A stretch of DNA of 64,000 nucleotides from Dictyostelium discoideum (GCA_000004695.1 CM000151.3:7744001-7808000); one strand, 5' to 3'; shown: positions 46,642 through 60,017, counted from the stretch's first letter. Numbers and translations are program-made. Notes: generated by a model from the sequence alone, not told the origin.

Positions 46642-47011
46642 CATCATAACTATAGAAAATGATTTCAGTAAAATTACAGTCAAAGTTTTTAAAAACTCAA
46701 TTGATTTTAGACCACTTTTTCCTTACCCAGCATTAGTTAAATTACAAGGTCCATTTTATAATAATATTAGGTCAATATCTGCTGTGGGTATTCCTTATGG
46801 GATTAGCTCATTTCTTGTTTTTACAACCCAACCCTATCTTATAGATAGCTTCAATATTACTATTGAATTTATTAATTCAAATGCACTAAATATAACTATC
46901 CCACAATTTTTTGAATGTAAGAATTTATTTTTAATATTTTTTTATTTATTTAATTTGGTTAAATTATTAAAATAATTTAACAATTATTAATTACTAAATA
47001 TTATTTTTTTG

Positions 47012-47065
<54 letters not shown>

Positions 47066-50000
47066 TAATATAAATAATGATATAATTTTAAATAGATTTC
47101 CAAATCAAACACAATTTTATGAAATGGGAAGATATTATTCTCCTTTGTATACTATATCTTCATCTGGTGATTTACCAATTTATAGAACAAATTCTGTGAA
47201 TTCTGTAAATCCAAAAGCAATATATGGTTCACCTAATAATTACACATTTATAGGTTCAGTAACCGAACCAGATTCAAATAAAAAATTTTTTTTACAAACA
47301 TTAAATGGAAATAAATTTGAAAATATTACAACCAATCTTTTTACAACAATAAATGGTATGTATATATGAATTATTATTATTATTATTTTATAAAAAAAAA
47401 AAAAAAAAAAAAACTGTTTTTAATAATTAATTTTTTATTTTAAAAAAAAGTTCTCCCATTTTATAGAATACCATTACTTGCTGATTTTACCTATAGTACC
47501 TCAACAGATTTATCAACAATGTTCACAGCATACTATGATTCATCCTCAAAATATGATTTTTCAACAATAAAATATACTCTTAAAGAATACAATTTAAAAT
47601 TAGCATGGCCATTTGGATTTGAAAATGGAAATAATAATGCCCATAAGTTAATTGTATCTTTTCCATTTTCCAATTATTCATCACAATATTATGATACATT
47701 TAGTGTTTCTGTTATTAGTGGTTCTGTTTTGGGAGAGTTAATCCCTGTTAATTTGGGTAGGTATTTTATTATATTTTAATTTTTATTCTTATTTTAATTT
47801 AAAATTATCACTTCTACTAACTTCTTTTTTAAAAAAAAATTATTAAAGTAACAACAAACCCTCTAAAAATTTTATCTTTTGAAATAATTTATTTATATGA
47901 TTTTAATGTTTTGGTAAAGGTAAAAATTAATTCAAATGTTTCATATAAATATGAAGAGTTTTCTTATATAGATATTTTGGGTGAAAAGTTTGGATATGAT
48001 AAATGTGTTTCAAATGAAGATCAAAATCCATCATTTGAAATTCTTGTTAATTCATGGAATTTATTTGAAAAAATTGAAATTAGTGATTTATCTGGTTATA
48101 TAATAACATATGATATGGGCTCATTTGTTGATATAAATCCTCCAAAAAGATTAATGCATCCATTAGTTATGGCTGGTATGTATAAACAAAAAAAAATTGT
48201 ATAAATAAATTAATTATTTTTACTAATTGTAATATTTTTTTTACAATTAATAGAAAATGATATTTTTTCAATTGAAAATGTTACATTTTTATATAATAAT
48301 TTAAATGTTATAGATAAAAATGTTCCAAACGTTATGTCATTTAATTATAGTGATGTAACCAATACTAGAAAACCATTTGGTCTTTACATTTTAGATGAAA
48401 CATCAGGATTTTTAAATAAATATGATGAAAAATCTGTATTTTTCTCAAAATGGAACCCTATAAAAAAAATGTATGAAATTGAATTTTTTGTTGGAGCAAA
48501 TTCAAGGGAAGGTGTTTTACCTTGGATGTTAATGGGTGGTAATAATAATGCAGGTCTTATAAATTCATTTTTACCACATTCTTGTCAACTTTTTATAAAT
48601 CAATCGAGTAAGTTTAAAATTATATTATTCAATAATTAAATAATTATTTTTATTTTTATTGACATTTATTTATTTTTTTTTTTTATTTATGTAAAAAAAA
48701 AAAAGAATTTGATGCATATGGTCCAATTTTTACAAATATTACTAAAACTAGTAGTTATGGATTAAAACCAGAATTATTAGTTGATTGGGAATTCCATATT
48801 AGAGATGAAGTTAACGGATTTGAAAGAGGTTATATTGAAATTAGAGGCGATTTTGATAGTTCCTTATATAGATTTACATTTACAAATGCAAATTTAAGAC
48901 AAGGTGATATCTATAATGGAGTATACATTTATACTCAAATTATTTCATTGAATAATGTATGTAATATTCAAAATTATACTATTACAAATGTTGAATTATA
49001 TGATCGATTTGGTAATTCTGCAAAGTTTAGTACTATTTCAGAAAGAGTTGATGTTGACCCAACAAGAAATCCTTTTATTTTATTTGGCGATGATCCAAAT
49101 ATAAACAAATTCCAAACTGATTGCAATGATACAGTAGATGACTATCCTCCAAAATTATTATCATTTTCATTTGAAAATAGGATGGAAACAACTCAATCAA
49201 TATTATTTTCATTTTCAGCTCAATGTATTGATAGTGGTATTAAATTCGCACAATACCCAATAGTTTATGCAACTTCAAGCCAATTCAAAACAGTTCAATG
49301 TATTTCTTATATAGATTTTTACAATACCACATATGCCTTGTATTCTTGTCATATGGATATTCCATTTGGTTTCGGATATAAAAATGAAATTTTATTCAGT
49401 GTTTATGGATTTATAAATAATGGCGGATACTTTAGTGGTTTCTCAACAGAATATTTGAAAACTAATTCTTTTCCATATTCAATTTCAAATATTCCGCTTT
49501 ATAGAAAGTTATCAGTTGAAAAAACAAGTTCAATTACAAATAAAGGTGGTGATTTATGGATTATTGGTAGAGAATTTGATATTAACAGTTGGGTATTTGT
49601 ACTATATACTGATGGTAAACCCAACGATTCTTTATATCCAAAAGAACTTCATTCAACTGCAATTCTTGTTAGTGGAATTAAACCTACTATACACCCTTTT
49701 ACAATTCAAGTAAGACATATTACAAATGGTACATTAGCTTCAAACAATTATAGAGTTGACCCTCTCATTTTTATATATCCTGAAGATTCATCTTCAACTT
49801 CTTCAACTTCTTCATCCTCAACCTCTTCATCTTCTAGCTCATCATCATCATCATCATCATCATTGTCATCATCATCATCATCAAATGAAACTACGCCTAG
49901 CCCAACATCATTACCAACAAATGCTCCTCAAAAATGCAAAGGAAATCCAATTTGTGGTGGTTTAAATGGATATTGTTCATCTAGTGGTTGCGTTTGTTAT

Positions 50001-50975
50001 TCTCCATGGGTTGGCGAGGATTGTTTATCAAAAGTAATCATTGTACCACAACCATCAACAAATACCTCGCAACCATCAACTGAAATTCCAATTTTTGATG
50101 ATAATAATTCAGAATCAATTATGTTTAAATCATTGATTTCAATTGTTTCATTAAGAGAATTAGATTTCAATGATAAACAAGTAAACCAATATAAATTTGA
50201 TAAATGGACTTATTCAAAATTAAATGAAACAACAAATCAATATTTCACAAATATTACAATTCAACCATCAGCTTCAAATAATTTTAAAAGTAGTATAACT
50301 AATATCACTGCAACATTACAATGGTTTAATAAAGAAACAAATATAACATTTGCAAATGAACAATTACAAATGAAACCATCTAGTATTAAATATACAATTG
50401 AAATTTCACAATATAAATTCTCAAATGCATTAAATAAATTACAACTTGTAATGTCAGCATCATTAACATCTTTTAAAGGTGATGATAATAACATTTGTTC
50501 ATTCAATAAATTTGGTGAAACTACAAATGGTGATGATTCTGAATATATTAAAATCCAAGTTGATGATCATTCATTATATGGTAGATTTATTAAAAGAGCT
50601 TTCATTGATTCAAAAATTAGATCAATTTCAAATGTTCAATTGGATTCATCATTTGAAAATCCTTCCTCATCTTCATCCACATCCTCTCAACTATTCATTG
50701 GTATTGAAATTCCAATCTATAATGATAATGTTATTATAGATCCTGACTTTTCTGTACTAATAGACAGTAAAGCTGCCTCAAATAGTGATGATAATTCAAT
50801 ATGTTCATCAAGTATATCAAAACTATCAAAAACTCAACTTGCTGGTATTATTATTGGTTCAACCCTATTTGGTTTAATAGTGATAGTTGCCATAACCTAC
50901 TATGTCATAAATAAGAGAAAAAATACTAAAATGATTAACAGGATCCAAAATAAATTAAAAAAAGTTAACAAATAA
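46152..50975 (+). CDS. Large (~1400 aa) type I membrane glycoprotein: signal peptide, long extracellular region, Ser-rich stalk, EGF-like module, single TM, short basic tail. 7 exons join(46152..46539,46656..46916,47065..47355,47451..47756,47849..48175,48254..48607,48706..50975).
   Basis: Signal peptide MKFILFFIIIFYLISYINC. Donors GTAAAT 46540, GTAAGA 46917, GTATGT 47356, GTAGGT 47757, GTATGT 48176 and GTAAGT 48608. Acceptors TATAG 46655, A(n)G 47064, A(n)G 47450, TTAAAG 47848, AATAG 48253 and A(n)G 48705. All six introns are phase 1 and the join keeps one frame open throughout. The last exon has a poly-Ser tract (49790-49880), the EGF-like KCKGNPICGGLNGYCSSSGCVCYSPWVGEDC, and the TM LAGIIIGSTLFGLIVIVAITYYVINKRKN. 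Confidence 0.6.
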
Positions 50976-50996
50976 AATATATAACAACAAATTTAA

Positions 50997-51032
<36 letters not shown>

Positions 51033-51175
51033 TTATTATTTATTTATATTTTTATTGATTATAATTATTTTTTATTTATTGATTTTTTTTATTTTTTTAT
51101 TTTTTATTTATTTTTTTTTTTTATTTTTTTTTGTTGATTGTTAAAAATGAAAAAAAAAAATAATTACAATCAGTG

Positions 51176-51228
<53 letters not shown>

Positions 51229-51599
51229 AAAAATTAAATAAATAATTAAATTTGCCGATTATTTAAATTGGATAAAGAAAATAAATAAAAAAAATCTCAA
51301 TATTTGGTGAATCAAATAAAAAATTACATTATAGATCAAAAATATCAATAAAATGTTACATATTAAACAAGAAAAAAAAAAGATTTTTTTTATTTTTTTT
51401 TTCGCAAATTTAAAAAAAATTAAAAATTTTACATTGGCTATGTAATTTCTATGTAAAAATTTCACACTAAAAATCATTTATTGAACGATATTTTTTCGAA
51501 TTTTTTTTTTTTTTTTTTTTTGGAATTTTTCAGTTGCCCTCCACACAAAATAAAATTTTTTACTCTCACTCGGCCTTTTCAAACTTACGTTAATCAAAT

Positions 51600-52248
51600 A
51601 TGGCAGAGTACGTGTTGATCACATAAATTTTTTTTTTATTTGTATCTGTGTTTTTTTTTTTTTTAAAGATAAAAAAAAAAAAGTAAAATAAAATAAAGTT
51701 AAATTCCCTTTAGAAATAAATAAATAAAAAAATAAAACAAAGAAAAAAAAATATATATAAAAAAAAAAATAATAATAATAAAAACAAGAATTATATTCTT
51801 CAATTTTCAAAAACAGATTTAAAAAAAATAATTTAGTCTATGATTTAGAGAGAATAGTCAAATATAGGATTTAGGTACACATAAACAACAACAAAAAAAA
51901 AAAAAATCGAAATAAAAAAAAACAATATATAATAAATTTTTATTGGGAATCTAAACTTTTTATATAATATTTTATATTTATTCTTATTTTTTTTTTTTTA
52001 AAAAAAAAAAGAAATAAAAAACACATGATTGTTATTTTTTTAAAAAAAATGAATAAACACTAATATTTATATATTTTTTTTTTAATTACAGTAAAAAAAA
52101 GAAGGGATCCAAAAAAGGTGGTAAAAAGTAAGTTGAAATAAAGTTTAGAATAGTATTATCATAGAAATTTTTAGCAACTTGATTATCTACATTTTTTTTC
52201 GGTTTTTTTCAAAAAAAAAAAAAGTCGGAAAAAAAAAGAGTGAATTTT

Positions 52249-52283
<35 letters not shown>

Positions 52284-53187
52284 GTGAGATAGAGTTGCGA
52301 TGATGAAATTGATAATACTATTTTTTTTTTAAAAAAAAAAGATAACTTGGAAAAAAGAATATTAATTTAGTTTAACTTTTTTTTTTTTTTTAAAAAAAAA
52401 TTAATTTAGAGTCGACCCATTCACCCGTAAGGAATGGTATGTTGTAAGAGCACCAACTCAATTCTTCAAATCACCAGCTGATAACAAAGTCGGTTTCACT
52501 CCAGTTAACAGAACCCAAGGTACCAAACTTGCTTCTGATGGTTTAAAGGGTCGTGTCTACGAAGTTTCACTCGCTGATATGAAAGACGATGAATCCCAAG
52601 TCTTCAGAAAGATCAAATTAAGAGCTGAAGAAGTTGAAGGTAGAAACGTTTTAACCAACTTTTACGGTATGGATTTAACCTCAGACAAACTCCGTTCATT
52701 AATCCACAAATGGTCCACCTTGATCGAATGTTTTGTTGATGTTAAGACCACTGATGGTTATTTCCTCCGTGTCTTTGCCATCTGTTTCACCAAAAAGGGT
52801 GAATCCCAAAAGAAAAAGACCTCATACGCCAAGACCTCCCGTGTTAAGGCTATCCGTAAGAAGATGGTTGACATTTTAACCGAAACCGTCTCATCCAACG
52901 ACCTCAAAACCGTTGTTGACTATTTAATTGGTGTCTCATTAAACGGTGTTACCACTAACGCCTCTGGTTTTGCCCCAACCCTCGCTGAAAAAATCAGAAT
53001 CGAAGGTTCATCAATCTTCCCAATCCACAACGTCTTCATCAGAAAGGTTAAAGTCCTCAAGACTCCAAAAGTTGATGCTGCTAAATTATCTGAACTCTAT
53101 GCTTCATCTGCCACCTCAACCATCGCCCCAACTGAAGAAGTAGGTACCGCTGTTGAAAGAACTGAAGAAACCACCACCACCGCTTAA
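51600..53187 (+). CDS. rps3a: 40S ribosomal protein S3a (eS1), 3 exons join(51600..51607,52092..52127,52410..53187). The first 8-nt micro-exon is tentative.
   Basis: Exon 3 is [140 protein letters not shown].., i.e. unmistakably RPS3A, with high-expression codon bias (GC-rich third positions). Exon 2 is T AAA AAA AAG AAG GGA TCC AAA AAA GGT GGT AAA AA ([12 protein letters not shown]) between acceptor TTACAG at 52091 and donor GTAAGT at 52128. Proposed exon 1 is ATGGCAGA + GTACGT at 51608. It sits in a GC/pyrimidine-rich island (tactctcactcggccttttc, TOP-like 5' UTR) and gives MAD-KKKK.., consistent with MAVGKNKR.. of other S3a. Confidence 0.8.
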
Positions 53188-53354
53188 AAAAAAATAAAAT
53201 AATTCCTTATTTTTAAAAATATATAAAAAAAAAACCCTTCTTTTTCTTTTTATTGTTTTATTTTCAAAAAAAAAAAAAAAAAAAAAAAAAGGAATGAATA
53301 ATAAAATTTTCTTTTTTAATTTTTATTTGTTTATATATTTTTTATTATTTTTTT

Positions 53355-53662
53355 TTAAAATAAAACTTGTGAATCTGGTATAGTTAAATTATTTTTATCA
53401 TTAATTGAAATAGTGTTTTTACCAAATAGAAATTCAGAGGATTTTACAGTATTCTTTTTACCTTCTTCAAATAATTTAGTAATACCAATCCAACCATCTT
53501 TACAATTTACCCACATTATATTATTATAAGGTTTTGATTTATCAGTTTCTAAAAAGAAAGAACCATGTTTTAAAGTTGTTGAATTTCTATTTTCATAATT
53601 TTTGATATCTATTAATAATTGTTTATACATTTCATTTGTGGTGGTTGTGGTTGTGGTTGTGG

Positions 53663-53715
<53 letters not shown>

Positions 53716-54500
53716 GAATCTGATGGTGGTTGTAACATTTCTTTTACTTTAATTGTTTTTGCAGATTTTGATTTCTTATTGTAAATCATTGTATTTAAAC
53801 CAATGTTATCACTGAATGCTTTATAAAGAATCCAAATCTCATTGATGGTTTGTGTTGACCATTCTAATTTTGACATTTTTCTATTCACTTTTGGTGCTAA
53901 AGTTTTACCTTGTTCAGTTTGATTTTTAGCATTTTTGGAAGATTCTGGAAAATCTTGAATTGTTGACATTACACATTCACTTCCTAATTCAACCAAGTTT
54001 GTTAGTAATTGATTGTATAGGATTTTATCTTTATCATATGGTTCCAATTTAATTTGTTTTAAAATTTTACCACAGTCGAATCTTTCGTGATGTAATTCTA
54101 TCACCGAGATACCAACATTATCATCGTCGCTTAGAATTTGGTGGTAAATGGGTGCAGCACCACGATGTCTTGGTAATAATGATGGATGCATATTAATACC
54201 ACCATATTTAAATTTTGATAATACTGATTTCGGTATGAAATGTCCAAATGATACAACCACGGCCAAATCAAATAATTCATCATTACCTTGTTCACTTTCA
54301 CCAGTCGTTATCTTTGGTACTTGAAATCCTTTCATACCATTAATTGCATCAGGATATGTTATCTTTAAACCATTCTCAATTGCATATTCTTCAACTAATT
54401 CTTTTTTTTCGGATTTTGGACAAATAACTTGTAATTCTTTAACTAAATTATTTGTTTTTAATTCTAATTTTTTTGAAAAAAAAATTAATTAATAAACCAC

Positions 54501-54548
<48 letters not shown>

Positions 54549-54755
54549 CCAAAAATAAAAAGTGTTTAAAAAAAATACATACATACTTTGGTTTTCATGA
54601 AGAGATTTTAAAATTGGTAATGAAACATTATCAGTACCAAAAAATAAAATTCTATATGGAGGTGATTTAATTATTGAGGTGGAAAAATATCTAATGTTAT
54701 TAAATAGAATTGAGTTTTTATTTTTGTTGGTTAAAATAGAACGTGATAAAAACAT
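53355..54755 (-). CDS. Methionyl-tRNA formyltransferase, mitochondrial, 2 exons join(complement: 54755..54587, 54463..53355).
   Basis: Exon 1 is MFLSRSILTNKNKNSILFNNIRYFSTSIIKSPPYRILFFGTDNVSLPILKSLHENQ, a presequence plus the (I/V)LFFGTD formyltransferase start. Donor GTATGT (54586-54581); acceptor ATTAG (54465-54464), phase 1. Exon 2 has FDLAVVVSFGHFIPKSVLSKFKYGGINMHPSLLPRHRGAAPIYHQIL..GISVIELHHERFDCGKIL, the N(I/L)HPSLLP(R/K)YRGAAPI formyl-transferase signature. An in-frame poly-Thr insert (ACA/ACC)n lies at 53640-53720. Confidence 0.8.
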
Positions 54756-55231
54756 TCTTTAAATTCTAATATTTTTTTTTATTTAATAAATATGTTTTTA
54801 TGGTATTATTAAAAATTTAAAAAAAAAAAAAAATAAATGTTTTCGTAAAAAAAGCGAATATCAAAATTGATATTACGTTTTTGGCAAAAACTGGTCAAAA
54901 TGTGTTTTAATAAAAAAAAAAAAAAAAAAATCAATTTTTAATATTTTTTTTTTTTTTTTTTATTCTGAACACCAAACCCTTTTAAATTAAATTTTTCTAA
55001 ATTTCAATTAATATTTTTTATTTTTTTTATTTTTTTTATTTTTTTTTTTTTTTGCTACCCAACATAACTAATTTGTTTTATAGATTCAAAATTTTATTTA
55101 TTTGTTCATATAAATAAATAAATATATATAAAAAAAAAAAAAAGAATAAAAAAAAAAAAAAAAAAAAAATAATAAAATAATAAAAAATTAAATAAAGTAA
55201 TAATAGTAATAAAATAATATATATAATTAAA

Positions 55232-58200
55232 ATGGCAAAGGTAAAATTTTTAATTACTATTCTTTGTTTTTAAATTAATTTTTTTTAAATTAATTCCTGT
55301 CTTAATTTTTTTTTATTTTATTTTATTTTTTTTTTTATTTTTCAAATTAAGAAACATTCAAGAGAAGAAACAATAACATCACCAAGTCCAAGTGGAAATA
55401 CAACTACAACATCTACAACAAGTCCAACATCAACAACACCAACAAAAGAAAAAAGAACAAAAATTTCAAATGGAAATAATAAAGAAAAAGAAACCAATAG
55501 TAATAATAATATAAATACAAGTAATACAAATATTTTAAATGGTAGTGTTAATAGTTTAAATAATAGTAGTACAAATTTATTTACAACACATCAAAATAAT
55601 CCAGTAAAGAATTTAAAAGGATTTGATGATATTGGTGAAGGTATACTTAGATTCGAAGGATCAAAAGAAATTGATTTCATTGGATCAGTAAAGAGAGTTC
55701 ATTCAATGATGAAAGATTATTTAAAGAAAACTCCACAATATGATTACGAATTATTAAGTCAATTATTCAAATGTGATTTACAATTGAAATTAGAGAATCT
55801 TCAATTGTTTGGTGATATTTATGTTAGAAATTGTTTTAGTATCCTTTTATCAAATTATTTTAATCAAGCCAAAGATTTAGGTAAAGAGTTTAGACAAATT
55901 GGTGGTTTCGTTTTAGTGATTAATCCAATGGATATTGAAAGTCAACCAATGGTAACTGGTAGTATTTTAACTGCTCTTCATTTAAAAATGAAATGTATTA
56001 TTTATGTTGGTCCTGGTAATTTACCATTATCACAAATTACAAGAGTAAGAGTTATTATTATTTTTATTATTATTAATTATTAATTATTATTTTTTTTATT
56101 TTTATTACTAATTTAATTTTTTTTTTTTTTTTTAAAAAATAAAAGTTATATATGTGTCATGCTAGAGGTGCAAAAATTATATTTCATAAAGGTGATGTAT
56201 CATCATGTTATACAAGAGCATGGCAACATGCAAAAGATATGAGTATGGTATTTTTAGATTGTAAATTTATACCACATTTTAGTTTATTGGGTGCAGCAAC
56301 TATTGCACATGAAATGATGGAGGATAGTCCAGATAGGGAGACAATTATCATACCATTAAGATTATATTCACAGGGTTGGAGTTATGTCAGTGGTATTTCA
56401 ATTTTCTATAAGATTATGAAACCTGAAATCAAGATTATAGTAGTTCAAATGACTGATGATCTCTTTGGTAAAGATATTGAAGGTAAAGAATTTAATAGAC
56501 AATCATTATTCCCTGACCGTTTAGAGATTGGTTGGTTAGCATTAATTCATGATCAATCAGATCTTACCAATGTTTTCGACGCTTTCGATTCAAGAAATCA
56601 AGGTAAATTCTCTGATAAAGATTTAGAGGCATTATTGATAAGCATTGGTGGTGATCCAACTAGAAATAAATCAATGTGTCCAAAATCATCACTTTCTCAA
56701 ACTGAATTTGTTCATGAAGTAATCACAGAGATCACAAATGGTTTAGAGCAATTGGAGGAGAAATTTAGCTACTTTTTACCACAATTCAAATTGGATAACT
56801 TAATCAATCATAAAATCATCGATCAATTAGTAACAGCAACCGAGGATCAAGCTTCAATCGCTTTCATTAAATGTTTAGAGTATACCCATACTCTCACCAA
56901 TGGTAAGGGTTCAATTGCTTTGGGTGGTCTAATGAGTGGTAATATTCATTTAAGACCCGATGAAAAAGTATTGGTTATGTTATCAGGTGGTTATGTCGAT
57001 GTAATCGATTTTCAAACTATTTTAAACTATGGTTTAGATATCACTGGTCAAAGCTTTGAAATTGAATTGGATTTACCCGATAATACTACATCACTAAATA
57101 AAGTATTAAATGTTATTGGTGAAAATAAAGTATCAGTTATGGAGGTATTAATGGATCGTTCTTGTGAAACTTTAAAACAATATCATGTTAGAACTTCAAT
57201 TCAATGTCATTCAAGAAATTTTGAACAACAATTTAAAATCTTTGATGTTATTAAATCTTTAGGTTTTAAATATAGTTTAAGAAAATCTGCAATTCTAAAT
57301 AAAGAAGAATCTGGTTTCCTCTCACCACCAATGATTAAGCCTTCAACAAATTTATCAATTTCTCAATCAATTAATATTGGTAGTAGTGTAACGAGTTTAC
57401 CATCATTTCCAAATACTTTAAATTCAAGTAGTTCAAATGCATTTAATAGATTTGGTAATGGTAATGGTAGTTCATCAAATACAACATCACCATCACCACC
57501 ACCACAACTACCACCACAATTACAATATAAAATTTCACCAAAACCATATCATCAACAAAAAAGAAATATTGGTGATATAACAGTTCAATCAATTAGAGAA
57601 GCACATAATAGAATTAAACATATTATGACTCAACCACCCATTTATCATTCAACTACCTATTCAAAGATTTGTGGTTGCAAAGTTACATTAATGTTAGAGA
57701 ATACTCAAAAGACTGGTAGTTTTAAGATTAGAGGTTCATCGAATATGGTGTTAAGAGCATTGGAAGGTGCAATGGTAAACACTGATGAAAGACCAGTTGG
57801 TTTAGTTGCTGCCTCTGCAGGCAATCATGCTCAAGGTGTAGCTTTAATCTCTGCAAAAGTTGGTTTACCTTGTACAATCGTTTGTCCAGAGTATGCACCA
57901 GATTCAAAATTATCATCAACTCGTCAATATGGTGCCGAAGTCATTAAAAAGGGTAAAAGTCTTGAAGAGGCTGTCAAATTGGCCGATGAAATCTGTAAGG
58001 AAAGAAATTGGACATTGGTTAGACCTTACAATGATGTTGATGTAATCGAAGGTCAAGGTACAATGGGTTGTGATATCTATGATAAAGTACCAGATGTCGA
58101 TACTGTGGTTGTAAATGTTGGTGGTGGTGGTATGATCGCTGGTATCGCACTATTCTTGAAACGTATCAATCCAAACATTAGAATCATTGGTGTTCAATCA

Positions 58201-58965
58201 GCAAACGTTTCACCATTATCAGAATTTAAACAAACCAATCAATTCCGTTATATCGAACCAGCAGTTTTATCATTGGCCGATGGTACAAATGTAAAGATGC
58301 CAGGTGGTGTACACACTCAAGTACTTCATGATATGGTCGATGAGTATGTAACCGTTAGTGAAAATGAAATCGCTTCGACCATAGTTCATCTACTTTATAA
58401 TAGTCGTACAGTTTCAGAGGGTGCAGGTTGTTTAGGTTTGGCTGCATTAATGCATAAGAAAATTAAAGTTAGAAAGGATGAAAGGGTTTGTGTCATCATT
58501 TGTGGTGGTAATATCGATATGTCAACACTTCGTCAAGTCTATGAATATGGTTTACGTTCACTTGGTCGTTCTTTCACAATTCATTTAACAACTTGGGATT
58601 ATCCTGGGACCCTAAGTAAAATCATTGGTTTGGCTGCCCGTGCCGAATTAAAAGTTCGTGAAATTAGACATATCCGTGGTGGTGGTAATATCAATTGGAA
58701 TGAAGTTATCATTTCCCTCTCCTTCTATAGTAACTCTTTTAATCATCAAAACTTTTTCTTATCTCTATTGGCTCAAGAAGGTCTCTTCCCAAAGATTGTC
58801 GGTAGAAAATACATTAAAGATAATGAAATAGTCTATAAAATTTTCGATAAATCTGTTGATAAAAAGAATAAAGAATTAAAAGATACCTTTTCAGAAAGAC
58901 AACAACTATTTTTAGAACAATATGGAAAACAAGCCAATGTTTCTTTGGAAAGTAAAATGAATTAA
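55232..58965 (+). CDS. Tandem threonine-dehydratase-like protein (~1173 aa): Asn/Thr-rich N-terminus, a degenerate (lysine-less) PLP fold-II domain, then a complete threonine/serine dehydratase domain with C-terminal ACT-like regulatory region. 3 exons join(55232..55240,55352..56044,56146..58965).
   Basis: Exon 1 is ATGGCAAAG + GTAAAA (55241). Acceptors AATTAAG 55351 and A(4)G 56145; donor GTAAGA 56045. Domain 2 has ..IREAHNRIKHIMTQPPIYHSTTYSKICGCKVTLMLENTQKTGSFKIRGSSNMVLRAL..GLVAASAGNHAQGVAL..VNVGGGGMIAGIA..VSEGAGCLGLAAL..CGGNID.. plus a C-terminal SFTIHLTTWDYPGTLSKIIGLAARAELKVREIRHIRGGG.. (IlvA-type regulatory fold). Domain 1 is a parallel but degenerate copy: TPQYDYELLSQLFKCDLQLKLENLQLFGDIYVRNCFSILL. 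Here the position of the PLP-lysine (TGSFKIRG) is occupied by FGDIYVRN. Confidence 0.72.
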
Positions 58966-59165
58966 AAAATTTTTTAAATAAATAATAAAAAAAAAAATAA
59001 TAATAATAATATACAAATAAAATTATAAAATAAAATTCAAACATATATATTTAAGGAAATAAATAAAATAAATAAAACTTATATATATATATTATTATCA
59101 TTATTATTATTATTACTAATTTATTATTATATATTTTTTATTTTATTTTATTTAATTTTATTCTT

Positions 59166-59217
<52 letters not shown>

Positions 59218-59231
59218 AAAAATTAATTTTA

Positions 59232-59965
59232 TTAATTATTTGATTGTGAATCAAGAAATTGTTCAAATGCATGAGATTGTTTTCCAACAAGAGATTCTAA
59301 TCTTAATTTATATTCTCTATCAGAAACCAAAGCATTCAAAAATTTGGCTTCAACAAATTTCCAATTAATACATGACCAGAAATTTGCAATATATTTCTTT
59401 TTTTTTAAAAAAAAAAAATAAATAATTAAATAAATATTAAATAAATAATTAAATAAATAATTAAATAAATAAAATAGATTAGTATTTAAAAAAATATTAG
59501 TAATAAAATTAATGAAAATGAATAACTGTGAGTGTGTATTGATATTTACATTTTTATCACCATGGTCAGAAACGTAAGCATGTTCAAAAAGATCAAGACA
59601 TAAAATTGGGTGACAGTTTTGTAATTTTAATGGTGAACCTGATCCAAAGGTTGTGATAATTCTTAAAGCTTTATCATGGAAAACTAACCAAGTAAATCCT
59701 GGTACATTTAATGCTGATGCTGATTGTGAGAACTATTAGATTTTATAAAATATATAGTTTTAATGTTTTTTTTTTTTTTTTGTTTTTTTTTTGTTTTGTT
59801 AGTTTTTATCATTATCGTTGAAATATAATTATAATTATAATTAAATATCATTGTTAAATATATTTTATAACAAAAGGAATTGATGGGTAATATATGGTAT
59901 GTATTTTTGTTATTATTACTATTACTATTACTTTTATTATTATTATTTATTAATATTATTATCAA

Positions 59966-60017
<52 letters not shown>

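Noticed and set aside
51560-51620. Exact match ctcggcctttt to the 5' end of U2 snRNA
   Set aside because: The flanking sequence does not continue as U2 (no GCUAAGAUCAAGUGUAGUAUCUGUUC). It is more plausibly the TOP-like 5' UTR of rps3a.
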